From the NCBI GenBank assembly GCA_964016885.1, contig OZ024742.1, positions 72,478,001-72,542,000 of the forward strand: a stretch of DNA of 64,000 bases, in the 5' to 3' direction. Below are positions 1 to 13,813 of this stretch, one piece after another. Made by a program: the position numbers and the translations under genes. The notes beneath the pieces are model-generated. The model did no database searches. It saw nothing but the letters and a program-made list of their open reading frames with translations, and was not told where the DNA came from. Source of the DNA: Eledone cirrhosa. Lineage: Eukaryota. Within the stretch, counting starts at the first letter, position 1. Each line of letters begins with the position of its first letter.

Positions 1-1252
1 AGGTTTAGTGATCCTTATATATCAACTATTATGCCGAAAACAATGTATTTAAAATTAAACCAGTATTTGCACCTGGTTGATATTTCAAATGCCCCTATTA
101 ATTAATTTCACCTTCCCATAAAAGTCAAATTTAACAAAAAAAATCAGGTAAAATTATATAATTGTAAATTATTGATATTTAAACATCTACTGACAAAATT
201 TCAAGCCTGCACATAGAAAATTAAGAAAATTACAAACAAATAAAATTGAGTATGATTAACTCAAAATAATGCGAACAGATAAGCATGACATTTGAAAATT
301 AATGCGAATGCTAAAGGGTTAAACTGGAGGGCAGTTTCAGTAGTTAGGTATCAGTAGTGTTATGCTACATCTCTAGCTAAATTAGACTTGATCTGGAGCT
401 GAATAACCATGGCAGCAAAACAAATAGCTATACTGTATGTCATATACTAGATATATAAACCAGTGACAAAGCCTCTTGGCAGTTTCTTATTTGCTAGAAA
501 TAACAATCAAATCGCCATCAAATTACAGCCTACCTTCTTGAAAAGGGAAGAAAATATTGGATATTGTAGTCCTAGATACAACATATCTGAATAAATGACC
601 GGAGAGTCACTGTTGGAACAGCTTTGGTTGTAAGTTTGCTGTATCGAGGCTGATTAAACAGAAATATCACAATATATGTAGCTCAAAGTGAGTTGAAACA
701 CAGCCTGAAAACAGTTAACAAAATAGAAACTAGGAATTTCCCTGATCATTCCTATGCTACCTTGTTGAGAACTTGGGAATATATTACTAAGCTTTATTCC
801 CAGACATGGAGAGACATACCAATGAAGAATTGTGTATAGGCTTGTGTTTGTCTATATAAGTATGTTAGCATGTGCAAATCTGTATGTGAATCAATGTCTA
901 TGTATGCTAAGACATGTATTTGTCTATGTGTATAGTTTGTGTGATTCTCTGTCAGTCAATGTGTATGTTTAGATTGAGAAATTGAGTGTGGATAATTTCC
1001 CCCATCCAAATGACAGGCTTCTGTTTTTGTTTTTCTCTCCAAATCTAGCTTGAAGTATTTATAGTTATTAACCATCACATCAACCTTGATTGAGCAGAAC
1101 TATGAGCCTTCAAGCTGTGACCATCTGTCTTTTTGTATATCAGGAATGACATATATGTATGAATGCTTTCTGTATATGTATAATCTGAAAGTAATGACAT
1201 TGGAGTCATACACAGACCACACAAATTATGTTATTTAAGAAAGGATATATAT

Positions 1253-1700
1253 ATCATCATCATCACTGTTTAATGTCCATTTTCCATGCTAGCATGGGCC
1301 AGACAAGTCCTGTTGTGAGACATGTCAGGTCAGATGACTGTATCTTGCTCATACAGTACTGTTTCTGGCATAGTTTCTATGACTGGATGCTCTTCCTAAC
1401 ACCAACCACATTTACATCGTAGCGTAGACTGGGTGCTTTTTATTGTGGCACCAAAACGACAGTGCTTTTTGTCGTGCCATTAACACGACCACTTTACATG
1501 GTTGACCTGGTGCTTTTTGTTGTGTTACCAACATGACCACTTTACAGGGTGAACTGGGTGAATTTTGTCATGTCGCCAGCACAACCACCTTATAGGGTGG
1601 ACCGGGTGCATTTTGGTCATGTCACCAGCATGAACACCTTACACGGTAGACAAGGGGGGCGGGGTTGTGTCACCAGCATGGCTACCTTACAGGGTGGACT
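1253..1700 (-). mobile_element. SINE family B copy (RTE-type tail, (GAT)n end) with tandemly repeated internal ~45-bp unit
   Basis: (CAT)n-TTTAATGTCCATTTTCCATGCTAGCATGGG tail and CTGGATGCTCTTCCTAACACCAACC domain, shared with many copies in the window. Repeated GGTGCTTTT...ACCACTTTACA units. Confidence 0.75.
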
Positions 1701-2201
1701 TGAAGCTTTTAGTTATTTCAGTATATGTATACATATAAAATACACACACACATATAAAATACACACACACACACACATATATCATCATCATCACCATTTA
1801 ACGTCCATTTTTTCATGTGTGAGGGGTGGAGAGTTAGGACGTGGGAGGTGAAGGTGGTGCACACTAGATGTATGCTTCCGCCTGTACTCATATATATATA
1901 TATATGTGAGTGTGTGTGTGTAATATATACTGTAAGGTGCTAGTGCTAGAGTTACAATAAAATGCTCCTAGTACATGCTGTAAACTGTTTGGCATTAGGA
2001 AGGGCATCCAGCTGCAGAAACTAGGCTAAAATGAAGCATATTACAGGATGTGGCCACTTGACTCGCCTGGCCTCAGCGTGCAACAACTCGTCTAACTCAC
2101 TTAAGCATGGAAAATAGACAGTAAAACAATGATTATGATCATTTATAATGAATTTGTGTTGTAATAATTTTTTTTTGTCTCTCTTTTTTTTTTTTTTGCA
2201 G

Positions 2202-2448
2202 CTTGCTCATACATGTCAGTTAGCCATACAACGAATCCGATGGTTACACGGCTCAGATCGTCACAAGAAAAACTTGTCCAAAAATCCATACAATTCTATT
2301 GACCCTGCACCACCTGCTGAATGTCAAGATTTAGTGAAATTGGAGAAGATGCTGCTGGATGAGTCACTGCCTATATACACTCGCTATCGAGCCATGTTTT
2401 CTCTCAGGAACATACAAACAGATGAGGCGTGTTTAATACTTGCTAAAG
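2202..2448 (+). CDS. DOHH: Deoxyhypusine hydroxylase, penultimate coding exon (upstream exons not identified in the window)
   Basis: Poly-T tract plus GCAG acceptor ends at 2201. Translates LAHTCQLAIQRIRWL...NPYNSIDPAPP...LLDESLPIYTRYRAMFSLRN, matching the DOHH central linker and HEAT repeat. Phase-1 donor AAAG|GTATGT at 2448/2449. Confidence 0.93.
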
Positions 2449-3316
2449 GTATGTAGAATTCTAATAGTTGGTAAACGATTGGTATATGAACTATTTCACG
2501 TACTCTAAAGTTATACCTATAGAATATTCCGTTGATTTATTACTGGTTTGTCATTAGACTGTGGCCATGCTGAGGTACAGCCTGAAAGGGATTTCAGTTG
2601 AAAAGAAACACGTACCAGCAGCAGCTGGGGCTTAACTCTGCAATAAATTGGAGTCCTATTGAGAGGGGAGTTGTGTACTCTGTTACTTAATGCCAGGGAA
2701 ACTGGGGTAAGCTCTAGCCTGATGAGCTGCTATGTCTGAGACAAACTTTAACTTATAAAGAATAAGTAAAACATTTTCCCTTCTAACATTAGTATAGGGA
2801 AATTTTTAACCAAAATTTCACGGAAGATAAGTTATTCCACATGGATGAATTTTGCAAATTTGTAAAATCCATATAAATTGAAAGATGTTGAAGAATCATG
2901 ATAACCAGAATATTGAAAAAGTAACAAGAAAATGCAGTTGATATTCCCCAATTTTATATCCATTCAATGGAAAATATCTTAAAGAATCTAAAATACATAT
3001 CCACATTTTCATTTGGTAATAATCTAAATGGAATTGATTGTATTGTAATGATTATATGGTGCATGGCTTAATGGTTAGTGTTTGGCTCATGATCATAAGG
3101 TCGTGTTTGATTCCTGGGGCTGGCAGCATGTAGCATTTGTGAGGAAGACGCTTCATTTCATGTTCTTTGTGATATACAGTGGGAGGATGGGTGGGGCATA
3201 CTGTGTGTGTATAGATAGATAGATATATATATATATGCATGCACATATGAACATATGTGTGTATATATATGTTTATATATATTTTCTCATATCTCGTTAT
3301 CCTTCTGTCTTTCCAG

Positions 3317-3630
3317 GATTTGCTTCTACGGATGCCTTGTTCCGACATGAGATAGCTTACGTCCTTGGGCAGCTCCAGAATCCGATCTCAATGAAGGCAC
3401 TAATGGAAATGGTGGAGAAACTCGATGAGGATGCTATGGTGAGGCATGAGTGTGCTGAGGCATTAGGTGCACTAGGAACGCCTGAGTGCACAGACTTTCT
3501 GGCCAAATATTTATCGGACAAGGAGAGGATCGTCCGTGAAAGCTGTATGGTGGCGTTGGATATCAGTGAGAGTGCTGACCAGTTCCAATATGCAAATACC
3601 ATAAGTAAAGTGACTAGTGTGTCTGCCTGA
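3317..3630 (+). CDS. DOHH: Deoxyhypusine hydroxylase, last coding exon
   Basis: Acceptor CTTCTGTCTTTCCAG ends at 3316. G(2448)+GA rebuilds a Gly codon in frame. Contains the His-Glu iron-binding motifs LFRHEIAYVLGQ and MVRHECAEALG, then VRESCMVALD...FQYA, and stop TGA at 3628-3630. Confidence 0.95.
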
Positions 3631-3734
3631 TGTTGTCAGATGACACTCCAGAGCACAATTTCACAAATGGAAACTTTATGTATGAGATGAGGAAACCAAC
3701 TGGAATAGAGATCTCTGTATATAGACCAAAGTAG

Positions 3735-3848
3735 TTATGTGTATGTATGTACGTACATATGTATGTACGTATGTGTATATATGTTTATGTATTTGTATAT
3801 GTATGTATATATACATATGTGTGTGTGTATATATATATATATATATAC

Positions 3849-3884
<36 letters not shown>

Positions 3885-4224
3885 ACCTATGTATATATTA
3901 GAATATATATATATATATATAAAATGTATATATGCAACTGTATGTGTGTACATGAGTATAATATATACATATATATGTATATATATATATATGTATATGT
4001 GTGTATATATGTATGTATCTGTTATATACACATGTATATATATTGTATATATTTATATATATGTATATGTAAGTGTATATCTATGTGTGTATATATATAT
4101 ATATACACAAGTATATATATATATACACGTATATATATATAATATACGCACATGTATATATATATATGTATGTATTTATATATGCATGTGTGTGTGTTTG
4201 TGTATATATATATATATATGTATA

Positions 4225-4266
<42 letters not shown>

Positions 4267-4300
4267 CATATATATGCATATATATGTGTTTGTGTGCATG
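3735..4300. repeat. (TA)n/(TG)n compound microsatellite downstream of the DOHH stop codon
   Basis: Directly visible dinucleotide tract. Confidence 0.95.
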
Positions 4301-4303
4301 TAT

Positions 4304-4419
4304 AGGTGGCTCAAAAATTACTAGACGTTTTTAAAATATAGCTTTTTTTTACAATTAATATTAAATAAATAAAAGGGTTATTATATTTTAAAATGGTCTA
4401 GTGACTTTTGGGCCATCCT
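4304..4419. mobile_element. Tc1/mariner-like MITE (~115 bp)
   Basis: Imperfect TIRs: AGGTGGCTCAAAAATTACTAGACGTTTTTAAAATATA versus the reverse complement of TATATTTTAAAATGGTCTAGTGACTTTTGGGCCATCCT. Confidence 0.7.
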
Positions 4420-4689
4420 CTCTCGCACTCTATATATATATATATACATACACGAATATATGCATATGTACATGCACATCTACGTACACAAACACAGGCT
4501 TGTGAAATAAACATTAATTTGTGCCTTTTTTTTCTTCATTCCTTCCCCACTTTTACCTCTTGAACTGCCCTATACACCTTAACACATCTAACTGTATTAA
4601 TATACACTCACACAAATCTATACTTACACATATACATGTGTCTGTGTATATTTATGCACATAATGCACACATAAATACATCTATATTTA

Positions 4690-4691
4690 TG

Positions 4692-4738
<47 letters not shown>

Positions 4739-4878
4739 CCACACACACATCCACACACACACATCCACACACACATATCCACACACACACATCCACACAC
4801 ACATATCCACACACACACATATCCACACACATACATATCCACACACATACATACATACACACATATACATACACACAA
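4690..4878. repeat. (CA)n / (CACACACATC)n microsatellite
   Basis: Directly visible. Confidence 0.95.
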
Positions 4879-5424
4879 ACCCATCTGACTTTATAATCTG
4901 CTATATTGGGTATATATTGTTGTTTTCATTAAATGAGGTAAGCAAAGCTGAACAAAAAAGCAAACTGATTTTGGTGTTTTTATATGTATATATTTTTCAA
5001 AATATACTCTTTCTTCCTCTCCACCTTTCTCACAACAATGAATGTGGAGGATGTGTAAAAGCTAGAATGAAATATAGTGTGTTTGCTCTTCTGGATGTGT
5101 AATGTTCGTGTAAATGAACACCGAGGCATATATGGGTTAAGAGAAAAGCTTGGTGAATGAGAGGAATTGGATGTAATGTGCAGAGAAAATTTGTACTGGT
5201 ATGGACATACGATTTTTATGGAGGATGACAGTTGGATAAAGAGGTGTCAAGTTATCCAAGTGGAAGAATCTTGTTGAAAAAGACATGGAAGAAGATATTA
5301 GTGATGACTAATCTCATGCAGGATATGACCAAAGGACTGCAACAAATGTCAAGGCACTTTGCTGGAGAAGACCCATCAGATCTTTACAAACATGGAACAA
5401 CTGATATATATATATATATATATA

Positions 5425-5506
5425 TATTATAAAGAAGAGAGACGGTATAACAGGATTATATAATAAATAGGGGATGTACACTTATAACCCTCTCTTCTTT
5501 ATAATA
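5425..5506. repeat. Short foldback with a 17-bp perfect inverted repeat
   Basis: TATTATAAAGAAGAGAG (5425-5441) and CTCTCTTCTTTATAATA (5490-5506), next to (TA)n. Confidence 0.7.
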
Positions 5507-5836
5507 TTGACACTTTGTTGATACCTTATTAATAATACTTTATGGAACACAAGTCATGTGGTGCTTTACGTCTGTTTACAACTACTGTCGATAGAATAAT
5601 TGATCAACCAACAATTCTTTAGATGAATAATATATATGTATGTTTGATGTGAGGTAATTGATTAGAATAGGTTCTTATGTCATTGTGTATCCTATTTGAA
5701 TAGATACACTGTATGTCATAAGAGGCAACTAAAAGGACATCTGGCTGTAAAACACCGCCTGAAAAAGGACTCTATTGATGAGTATGAAGATTATTATGAA
5801 TCTCATAAGACTAACTCTTTAGCAGGGAAAATGGCC

Positions 5837-6020
5837 TTAATCCTTTAGCATTTACATTACTGTATGTATACTATTGTATTTCCGTAGTAAAGTCTTTATC
5901 TCACATAATATTGAATCTATGAGATTTTGATATTTATTTTGAGAATGATACCGTAACATCAGTATGAGTGGCCAGTTTGAACAGAAAGCAGTGAAAGAAT
6001 TATGGCCGGTTAAAATGCTT
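5837..6020 (+). mobile_element. piggyBac-type (TTAA) MITE family copy
   Basis: TTAATCCTTTAGCATTTACA start and GGCCGGTTAAAATGCT end. The same internal sequence recurs at ~14735-14939 and, inverted, at 33838-34055. Confidence 0.65.
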
Positions 6021-6699
6021 ATGTTGTGTCCATCTAAAGTAATTTCCTGGTCATAGGACAATAGAGTAGAGTTGTGTATCTAGGGCAGATTTCTTCAAGT
6101 GCACTCTATCCTGTCAAAGCTTTACTCTTGCATGTGAAGTCACATACATAGGTTGTGTTGGTGTACTGGTAATTGCTCTAAGGTTTTCAAACTAATATCA
6201 GCATTTAAATTAACTTACCTGGTTTTCTTTTGGTATTGGAATAAATCCAAAATTGCAGTCATTTTCATTTACCTGTTGTATTGCTTCAACCTTGAACTAT
6301 ATTCTCTCCCCACCCAATTTTATTTAACATAAATAATACTAGTATATGAGAATCAGATATATATTCATTCAGTCACTTTGCCTTGACACTAAAAAAATGA
6401 TTTATAGATACTAATTTTAAAATAATGGTTTTAACATAGTCAAATATTTTGTATTGGTGGATGGGAGATGATTAAATCGACCTTAGTATATTATTGGTGC
6501 CAATTTAGACTCCGAACTAAATACAAAAAGGAATTTTGTGTCACGATCTAATTTTTCTACTCTACTACCATGGTAAAAACAAATGGAGATGGTGTTGGTA
6601 TAAAGACATTAGTAGTTATCTACCCCATCACTCATTAGGACTATAAACAAAATTGCCATTGAAAAAACATGAAACTACAACTATTCAATATCACAGATT

Positions 6700-7010
6700 G
6701 CTTTCTTGCTGCATGATATTGACAAAATATTTTTGAAACACTTGAATATATAATGTTAGTATGCATTGATGAACTGAGAGAAAAACTGGGTATAAGGGGA
6801 ATTGTGTGCAGTAGAGAAGATTGTATTGGAAGGGACCTGTAATGTGTATGAATAGCGATTACTAGGTGATGGATTTCTAAGTGGAAGAAGACCATCTCTA
6901 AGGCAGAGATGGTGAAATTGAGTCTCACACAAGAAAAACACTTGTGTAGGGATGCTGTGCTGGAGAAGAATCATCTAACTCATGCAAGCATGGAAAATTG
7001 ATGTTGAAGC
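6700..7010 (+). mobile_element. Degenerate RTE-clade LINE 3' end
   Basis: SIDELREKLGIRGI-like coding remnant followed directly by a CTAACTCATGCAAGCATGGAAAA tail. Homologous to 48960-49290. Confidence 0.6.
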
Positions 7011-7429
7011 AAAAACTTTTGCACAAGCATCATACAATCTACCCTTCACTCAGAGAAATAATCCTTTTGTTGCCTTCAGAGGTAATAGCATTATGAACTT
7101 CTTTTTCCAGTACACTCTGGCTACAATATTTTTGGAACATCCACGTTCACATATTATCTAGGTAACAGAAGCTGTCGACTACTACAGAGCATTCTAACAC
7201 TTGAAATGGTAAAGGTTTCCCCTTTTCACTCATCATTACTATCATTTTCTCTCCACTTTCCATGTTGGCATGAATTGGACAGGTTGTCATGGTCTGGGAT
7301 TGACAGATTAGAGAAATGTGTTTTATTTATGTGTTCCATATGTTGGCATGGTTTCTACAGCTGGATGTCCTTTCTAAATAATGTTATTACTGATTGATGG
7401 CAACTGAAGATATTGAATGTCCTTTTTTA

Positions 7430-7760
7430 TATAGGTACATGGTAAGTGGCTCAGTGACCATATCTGTATCAGTGAGTTGCTCAACATTACCAGACTTAGA
7501 CCAATTACATCAATTGTCAAGTCAAGAGTACTCAAACTATACGGTCATATAAAAAGATTAACTCATGGTGTGAGTTGGTTATGCCTGGAAGGAAGGTTGG
7601 CTGGTAAGAGAAGCAGAGGCTGGCAGCCAAAACGATGGTTTGATAATGTCAACCTATGGATTGGACTTGATCTTTGCTGTTGGTGATCGAACTTTGTGGA
7701 GAAAAATATCTCATGTTGATGTGCAGTCTGCAACTGGCAGAGTTTAGCGTCAAAGTAGTA
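7430..7760 (+). mobile_element. Degenerate RTE-clade LINE 3' end
   Basis: IVKSRVLKLYGHIKR...LEGRLAGKRSRGWQPKRWFDNV is the typical RTE C-terminal GH...EG...RGRP..RW motif. Confidence 0.65.
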
Positions 7761-10247
7761 CACAACAATATTTATTAATGATATTGCTATATTGTTCCCA
7801 ATCTAACAGGGCGGGCATCAACTTAGATAGAAACTTTCCATGATGTGTCACTGTTTGATAATGTATGTGCTGTTATGCATTGTTTTTAATGACTGAAAAT
7901 TTTCCTCTTATTTACTACTCCACTGAAATATCTGATTTTTGTCAGTTTCTCTAATATCTTAGTGTTTAAATGTATGAAATAAGCACAAAAGTTAAGTAAT
8001 TCCCCAAATCTTAATTCAGTTAGTGTTACTGGATGTTTAACATAAGTCCAAACCCATGGAAGATGGACGTTAAACGATGATGATGATGAAGTCATAGTGC
8101 TGAACTCATTCTTCACCAGTTTAACTCCTTAATTCGAAACAATGTGGTCAAAATATTCTGTTTCACATAAAAACTAGATTTATTGTGAAAAATTTAATGT
8201 TAACTCTTTTGATCGCAGACCACTTGTAACATCCCCTGGTTCTCTGACAAAGCTGTTTATATTTATCTAGAAACTTTCCATCATAATTATATAAGAACTT
8301 TTGTTACCGTATTTCTAATGAAATATACTGCCTATGTGTATGAATTGATTTTGAAAATTTAAAGAATTTTATGAGATAGCTAACCTTTTCATTAGTAAGT
8401 TGATGTTGAAATGAAATATTACTTAAAAATTTTTGAATAAAATTATGATGGAAGGTTTTAATATAAGTATGAACATTTTAATATGAGCAGATGTGTATCA
8501 TAAAACCAGGGTGGTTTCAGGAGGTTTGGTATTAAAAGGGTTAATCTATGGTCCAAACAAGTTTAGAAATGAGTAAGTGAGCTATATTGCTAAATCCTTT
8601 TAAATTATTTGAAAATAATAGCAGTCTTCCATTATAAATTGGTAACTAAAGGGTTAAACATTGATTTAGCATTGTTGTGGATGTCCAATTTTAACATTCA
8701 ATTTCTTCTCTTGTTTGTTTTTTTACATGAAATTGAGGTATTCACCAAGTTGTACTATCTGATTTATATTATCATCATTATTGTCCATTTTCTTTTCATA
8801 TTGCATGGGTTCGGTGGGTTGTTACAGATCAAGCCAGTACTTTATCGAAGTTACTAACCTAGACAGGTCGAGGAACAATGCTTTGCTTAGATATGTTCCA
8901 ATTTTTGCATGGTTTCTGTGGCTAGATACCCTTCCTAAAGCCAACTAATTGACAATGTACTAGGTACATTTTATTGTGGCATCAGCACCAATGAGGTTGT
9001 CATCTCCTTGATGCACCTAATGGGCCTTCTCTTCCTTTTTGGTATGATTTCTATGGCTGGATGCTTTTCTTAATGCCAACTTTTCAGAGTTTACTAAGTG
9101 CTTTTATCGTGGCATGGGCACTAAAGTTGTTATGCCTTCGACATGTCTGAAGAATCTTCGCTATCCTCTTTTGGGGGTGGGGTGGGTCAATTAATAGTTT
9201 TAACAAAGTCTTTTAACTTACCAATGTTTTTGAATATTTTAGAGAATTGTTTAGTAATTAAATTGTTTTTTGTTATTGAGATAGTATTGATATTAATTTA
9301 ATACTTTTGATTGATACTAAACCATCTGAAACTACCCTTGATTCTATGATACAAAACTATTTTGAAATGTTTATATTTATCAAAAACCTTCCATCATAAT
9401 TTTATATAAGAACCTTTGTTAAGTTATGCTCCAAACTCCAGCTTAATAATGAGAAATTCATTTCTATTAATAAATTCATGATTATTTCCAAAATTATCAG
9501 AAAATCATAGGTTGTGTCTTTCATTAAAAATATGGTAATGAAAAGCTGCCTCATGATTCAATAAATAAATATCTCTTGATGATTTAGTTATAAATATTGT
9601 ATGAATATGACAGATTGAACCGATTTTGAGTATATGAGTAACTTCCAAGTAAAGCAAAAGCTGTAGTTGAGCCATAGGAAAATATCTTGTTGTTTTCATC
9701 ATCATGATCATAATTTTTATGTCTGTTGTCCACACTGACTTGGGCTGGGCAGATTGTCCAAGACCAGATGAGTTGGAGTGACCAATCTTGCTTATTACAT
9801 TGCATATTTGATATGGTTTCTATGGCTGAGTGCCCTTCCTAATGTCAACTGCCATACAGGAGTGCAATTTTTGCGACATCAGCACAACCACTCTATTGAA
9901 TGGGCTGGATGGATTTTTTCAATGTACCAACAGTAGCAGTTTTTTTTTTAGTCAGGTAATATAGCTAAGTGAAAACTTTGGGGTGAAATAGACTGGAACA
10001 TCCTTCTTTTGTAAGTCAAGTATTTTTTTCATGGGTTAAAATGGGATGTGAATAAGTCAAGTTAATTTGTCATCATTTAGTGTATGATAAATTTCAAAGA
10101 GTTCTCCAATATGTAGTCTAATCATAATTCTTTTCCTGCTGTCAACTATTGCAGATACTCAAAATATATTTAGTGCACTAAGCCAATTCTTCCAAGTATG
10201 TCCCATTGTAGTTGGTTAAGTTTTGATGTGTGCTGAGGGTGGCAGCT

Positions 10248-10608
10248 GGCGGTGGATTGGCAGTATTGGTAGAGGGTCGGACGCCATGCTTTAAAGCATA
10301 GTTATGTCCCTTTACGGTCTGAGTTCAAATCCCATCGAGGTTAACTTTGACTTTCATCCTTACGGGATCGATAAAATAAAGTACCAGTAATGTACTGGGT
10401 AATTGCTGGCCTTGTGCCAAATGTAGAAACAATTATATATAATGGACGGTGGATTGGCAGTATCGTTAGAAGGTCGGACACCAGGCTTTGCAGAGTTATG
10501 TCCCTTTATGGTCTGAGTTCAAATCCCGCCGAGGTTAACTTTGCCTTTCATCCTTACGGGGTTGATAAAATAAAGTACCAGTAATACACTGGGATAATTG
10601 CTGGCCTT
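10248..10608 (+). mobile_element. Two tandem copies of tRNA-derived SINE family A
   Basis: Each copy has a GGTGGATTGGCAGTA head, GAGTTCAAATCCC B box, the TTTCATCCTTACGGG..GATAAAATAAAGTACCAG body and an AATTGCTGGCCTT tail. Copies at ~10248-10436 and ~10446-10608. Confidence 0.85.
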
Positions 10609-12529
10609 ATATATAATGGACATATATATATATATATGGTCCATTCAAAACCAACATAGTCCTTGTTTATTAACCTGATTCAGTGCCTGATTGTTTTAGA
10701 CATTGACATAATGGAAGATTGAAATTTGTTAACTTATTTCTAGATTTTTCTTAAATGCTTTACCACTCTTGACTGTTTCTGTTGAATGATTAAACTTGCA
10801 ATAGATTCGGAATGTGTTCTTAATAAAGCAGTTTTTGTAAAGTCTCTATTCAAAACAAAGCCTTAGCTGGAAAAGATCCTTTACCTCTCTAGTAGCTTTA
10901 ATCAACTAAATAACCCAGCTCTTTTCATTGAACTGGTAACCATGTTAAACAGAACTGATCAACTGACAATCTGGTTAAATCACATGATAATAGTATACAT
11001 AAAAATCATGTGAAACTTCCAATGCTACCATATAAATATTATACAAGAGAGTTATGAAAGTTAATTGTTGAAGACGGTATAAAAATCTATGGGCTAGTCT
11101 TAATTATTTTGATATATGATTCTCAATTAAAAATTTTTTAAAAATAGTTCATTGTTTCTCATTTACTCCTTCAACCCATTTGCAGAATGATTAGAAAGTT
11201 TATTTATTAGGGCTATTGTATTTTAACAGCTGGATGATAAGGTTTTTCTATTGTTACTCATTCAACTTAGATGAGTACGAGTGGTGGAATAAGGGAGGTG
11301 GGGGCTGACTGGGTTGTAATCAAGAGTTATACAAAATTTAAAGGGGCCCAGATTAATATTTTTGCTGCTATAAATAACACAAGGGTTCAGATGTAATTTT
11401 CAACCTAGGACCCCATGCAAGCTTAATCAGTCTCTAAGAGGCACAAGTTCAACATTTTGGGAAGGGAACTGGCTGGTACTTCATTTTATTGACCCCCAGT
11501 AGACCGAAAAGCAAAGTTGATCTTAAAAAGATTTGAACTCAGAACATAAGCATTAGAAAAAATATCACAAAGTATTTCATTTAACATTAATGATTTTGCC
11601 AATAAGAGGCTTTTTTTGCATAGTTTCTATCTCATGGAATTGGTCAACCTAAGGTTATGTCAGAAAATGCTTAACCAAGGTTTCACAGGAACAGATCAAA
11701 CTCAGAATTGTGGTTGTGAAGCAAACTTCTTAACCATAAAATATAAGTTATATACAGCTCTGAAAATATTTAAAACAACAGCTGCACAATTGTGGATCTT
11801 AGCAACACAGTAATTAACTAAGGAATTTTTTAAATAGTTAAAATAAAATGATTACCTAACAAAATCATAATTAGATAAAGTTCCTCTCTCTTCCTCAATA
11901 GATTCAACTGTTAACATATTTACCAACTGTTGATGTTTGATTTCAATCAGATTACTCTTTTGCTTACATTCAAGTGGTTTATCTAGGGTCAAAGGCAAGC
12001 ATTACTTCTGCTTGTTTATTGAAAATCATCTGTTTTTAGGTACATGCTATTATGTATAACCTTGAGCAAAATTAGTTGACTGTTGTATTGAAAAAAAAAC
12101 AAATTTGCTGCATATGTGTATATCATACTAGTGGGCCAGTACTGTCAATAATGATAGTATTTATTGAATGTCTTTAGTATTGGGAGTCCAGGATCACTGG
12201 ATATATTAACAATCATACAAACTGGGAAATTACCTTTTGATAAATTTATGATTTGATACATGGAAGTGATTAAAGATAAAAATATTTTAATAATTTATTT
12301 CTAAGATATAATTACATAAATGTATGCATGTATATACAAATGACTTACAGGATGAGTAACTTTGGAAAAATAACTATGTATAGTAACACATGTAGGGTTA
12401 GAAACCAGGACTTTCTGATTGGAAAGCAAATTTCTTATTGTAGCAACATGACTGATATAGGAAATGCGTTGTGTGTGTAAATTTTAAAGAGTTACAAATT
12501 AAGATATATATAAATATACAAACACACGT

Positions 12530-12780
12530 GACATATTGACAAAACGCACCCAGCCCACACTGTAAGGTAGACGTGTAAAAGACACAGCAAAAAGCACCCA
12601 GCACACACTATCAATGTGGTTGGCATTAGGAAGGGTATCAAGCCATTGAAAACCAGCCAGAAACACTCCTATATGAGCGAGACACGGTCAACTGACTCAA
12701 CTTACCTCTAAATGGGACAAACCTGTCTAACCCATGCTAGCGTGGAAGATAGACGTTAATCGATTATGATGATGATGATT
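12530..12780 (+). mobile_element. SINE family B copy
   Basis: AAAAGCACCCAGC repeats, GGTTGGCATTAGGAAGGG domain, CTAACCCATGCTAGCGTGGAAG tail and (GAT)n end. Confidence 0.75.
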
Positions 12781-13551
12781 CCAGAAGTATAGACTTCATT
12801 CTACGTTGTGTTGGCTGAATACATACTGTGGAGGATAGGTTCCAGACTGCTCTGGTAAAATTATGGCTAATGGTTCTGATTCAAGGAAGATGTTTTTCAT
12901 CTGCCAGTATTCAGTGCCAACACTGTGGAAGGATTACCTTTTATTGTATATATAGTTCTAAATGTGCTTTGTAAATGTTTTTTTTTTGTGTTGATAAAAT
13001 GCACCCAGTACACTCTGTAAAATGGTAGTAGTAGTGCCACAAAAATATCAAGTATATCCTATAAGGTGGTTGGCATTAAGAAGGGTATCAAACTGTAGAA
13101 ACCGTACCAAATATGGAATGTATGAACAAGATGAGGTCACTCTGACCTGTCTGGTCTTAGACTGTGACAACCCATCCAACCCATGCCAGCATGGAAAGTA
13201 ATGATGATGATGATGTTAGTAGTGTTCTAGCATGGCCATAGTGCAATGACTGGCTCCAGTAAAAATGAAATCTGTCTATTAGAAGTAACTTTTCACTTTC
13301 TGAAGCAATTGAATTTAGATTTGGAAGCTAACAAATCACATGCCAATTATGTATAGTAATGAATTATAATGTCTTGGTTATTTCTTGGGAGATGATGGAT
13401 GTGCACCTGGAAAGTTTCCCTTCTGAGTTCAGGCCTGGGCTATGTAATTTATAGAAGCCCAGCAATAGCCCATCCCTTGGTTGGTTGTCCACAACTCTAC
13501 CAATTTCAACATCCATAGTCTCTTAGTCATATACTGCTGTAAAGCTATATA

Positions 13552-13746
13552 CGAGGGTCAACTGAAAAGTTCATAGTCTGACCAAGATATTCTCATGAAA
13601 TTACCAAATGAGATTTTTCAACATAGTCCCTGGAAAGAAACAATGCAGTTATTAATAAGAAGAGTTAAAATTAATGGATACAAAATTTCACAGCTCTAGG
13701 GATCAGTCCTTCATAGTCAGCCTGTGAACTTTTAAGCTGACCCTCC
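13552..13746. mobile_element. mariner-like MITE with TA target duplication
   Basis: TA-CGAGGGTCAACTGAAAAGTTCA ... TGAACTTTTAAGCTGACCCTCC-TA. Confidence 0.75.
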
Positions 13747-13813
13747 TATATCAATGCTAGTTTTCTCTCTCTGTAGCATAGAAATTAATTAATAATATTA
13801 CCTAGGTCTGAAG

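Noticed and set aside
1440-1700. Spaced ~45-bp repeats resembling a CRISPR array
   Set aside because: Degenerate tandem units internal to a SINE, with no unique spacers and no cas genes, in a eukaryotic context.
2148-2201. N-terminal extension of the ORF at 2148 (MNLCCNNFFLSLFFFFLQ), and likewise 3235-3316
   Set aside because: Intronic polypyrimidine or microsatellite sequence upstream of clear splice acceptors; not part of DOHH.
3735-5102. Many overlapping ORFs rich in Y/I/M/C/V/H/T
   Set aside because: Translations of (TA)n, (TG)n and (CA)n microsatellites. The same applies at 35939-36599, 48624-49211 and 51490-51760.
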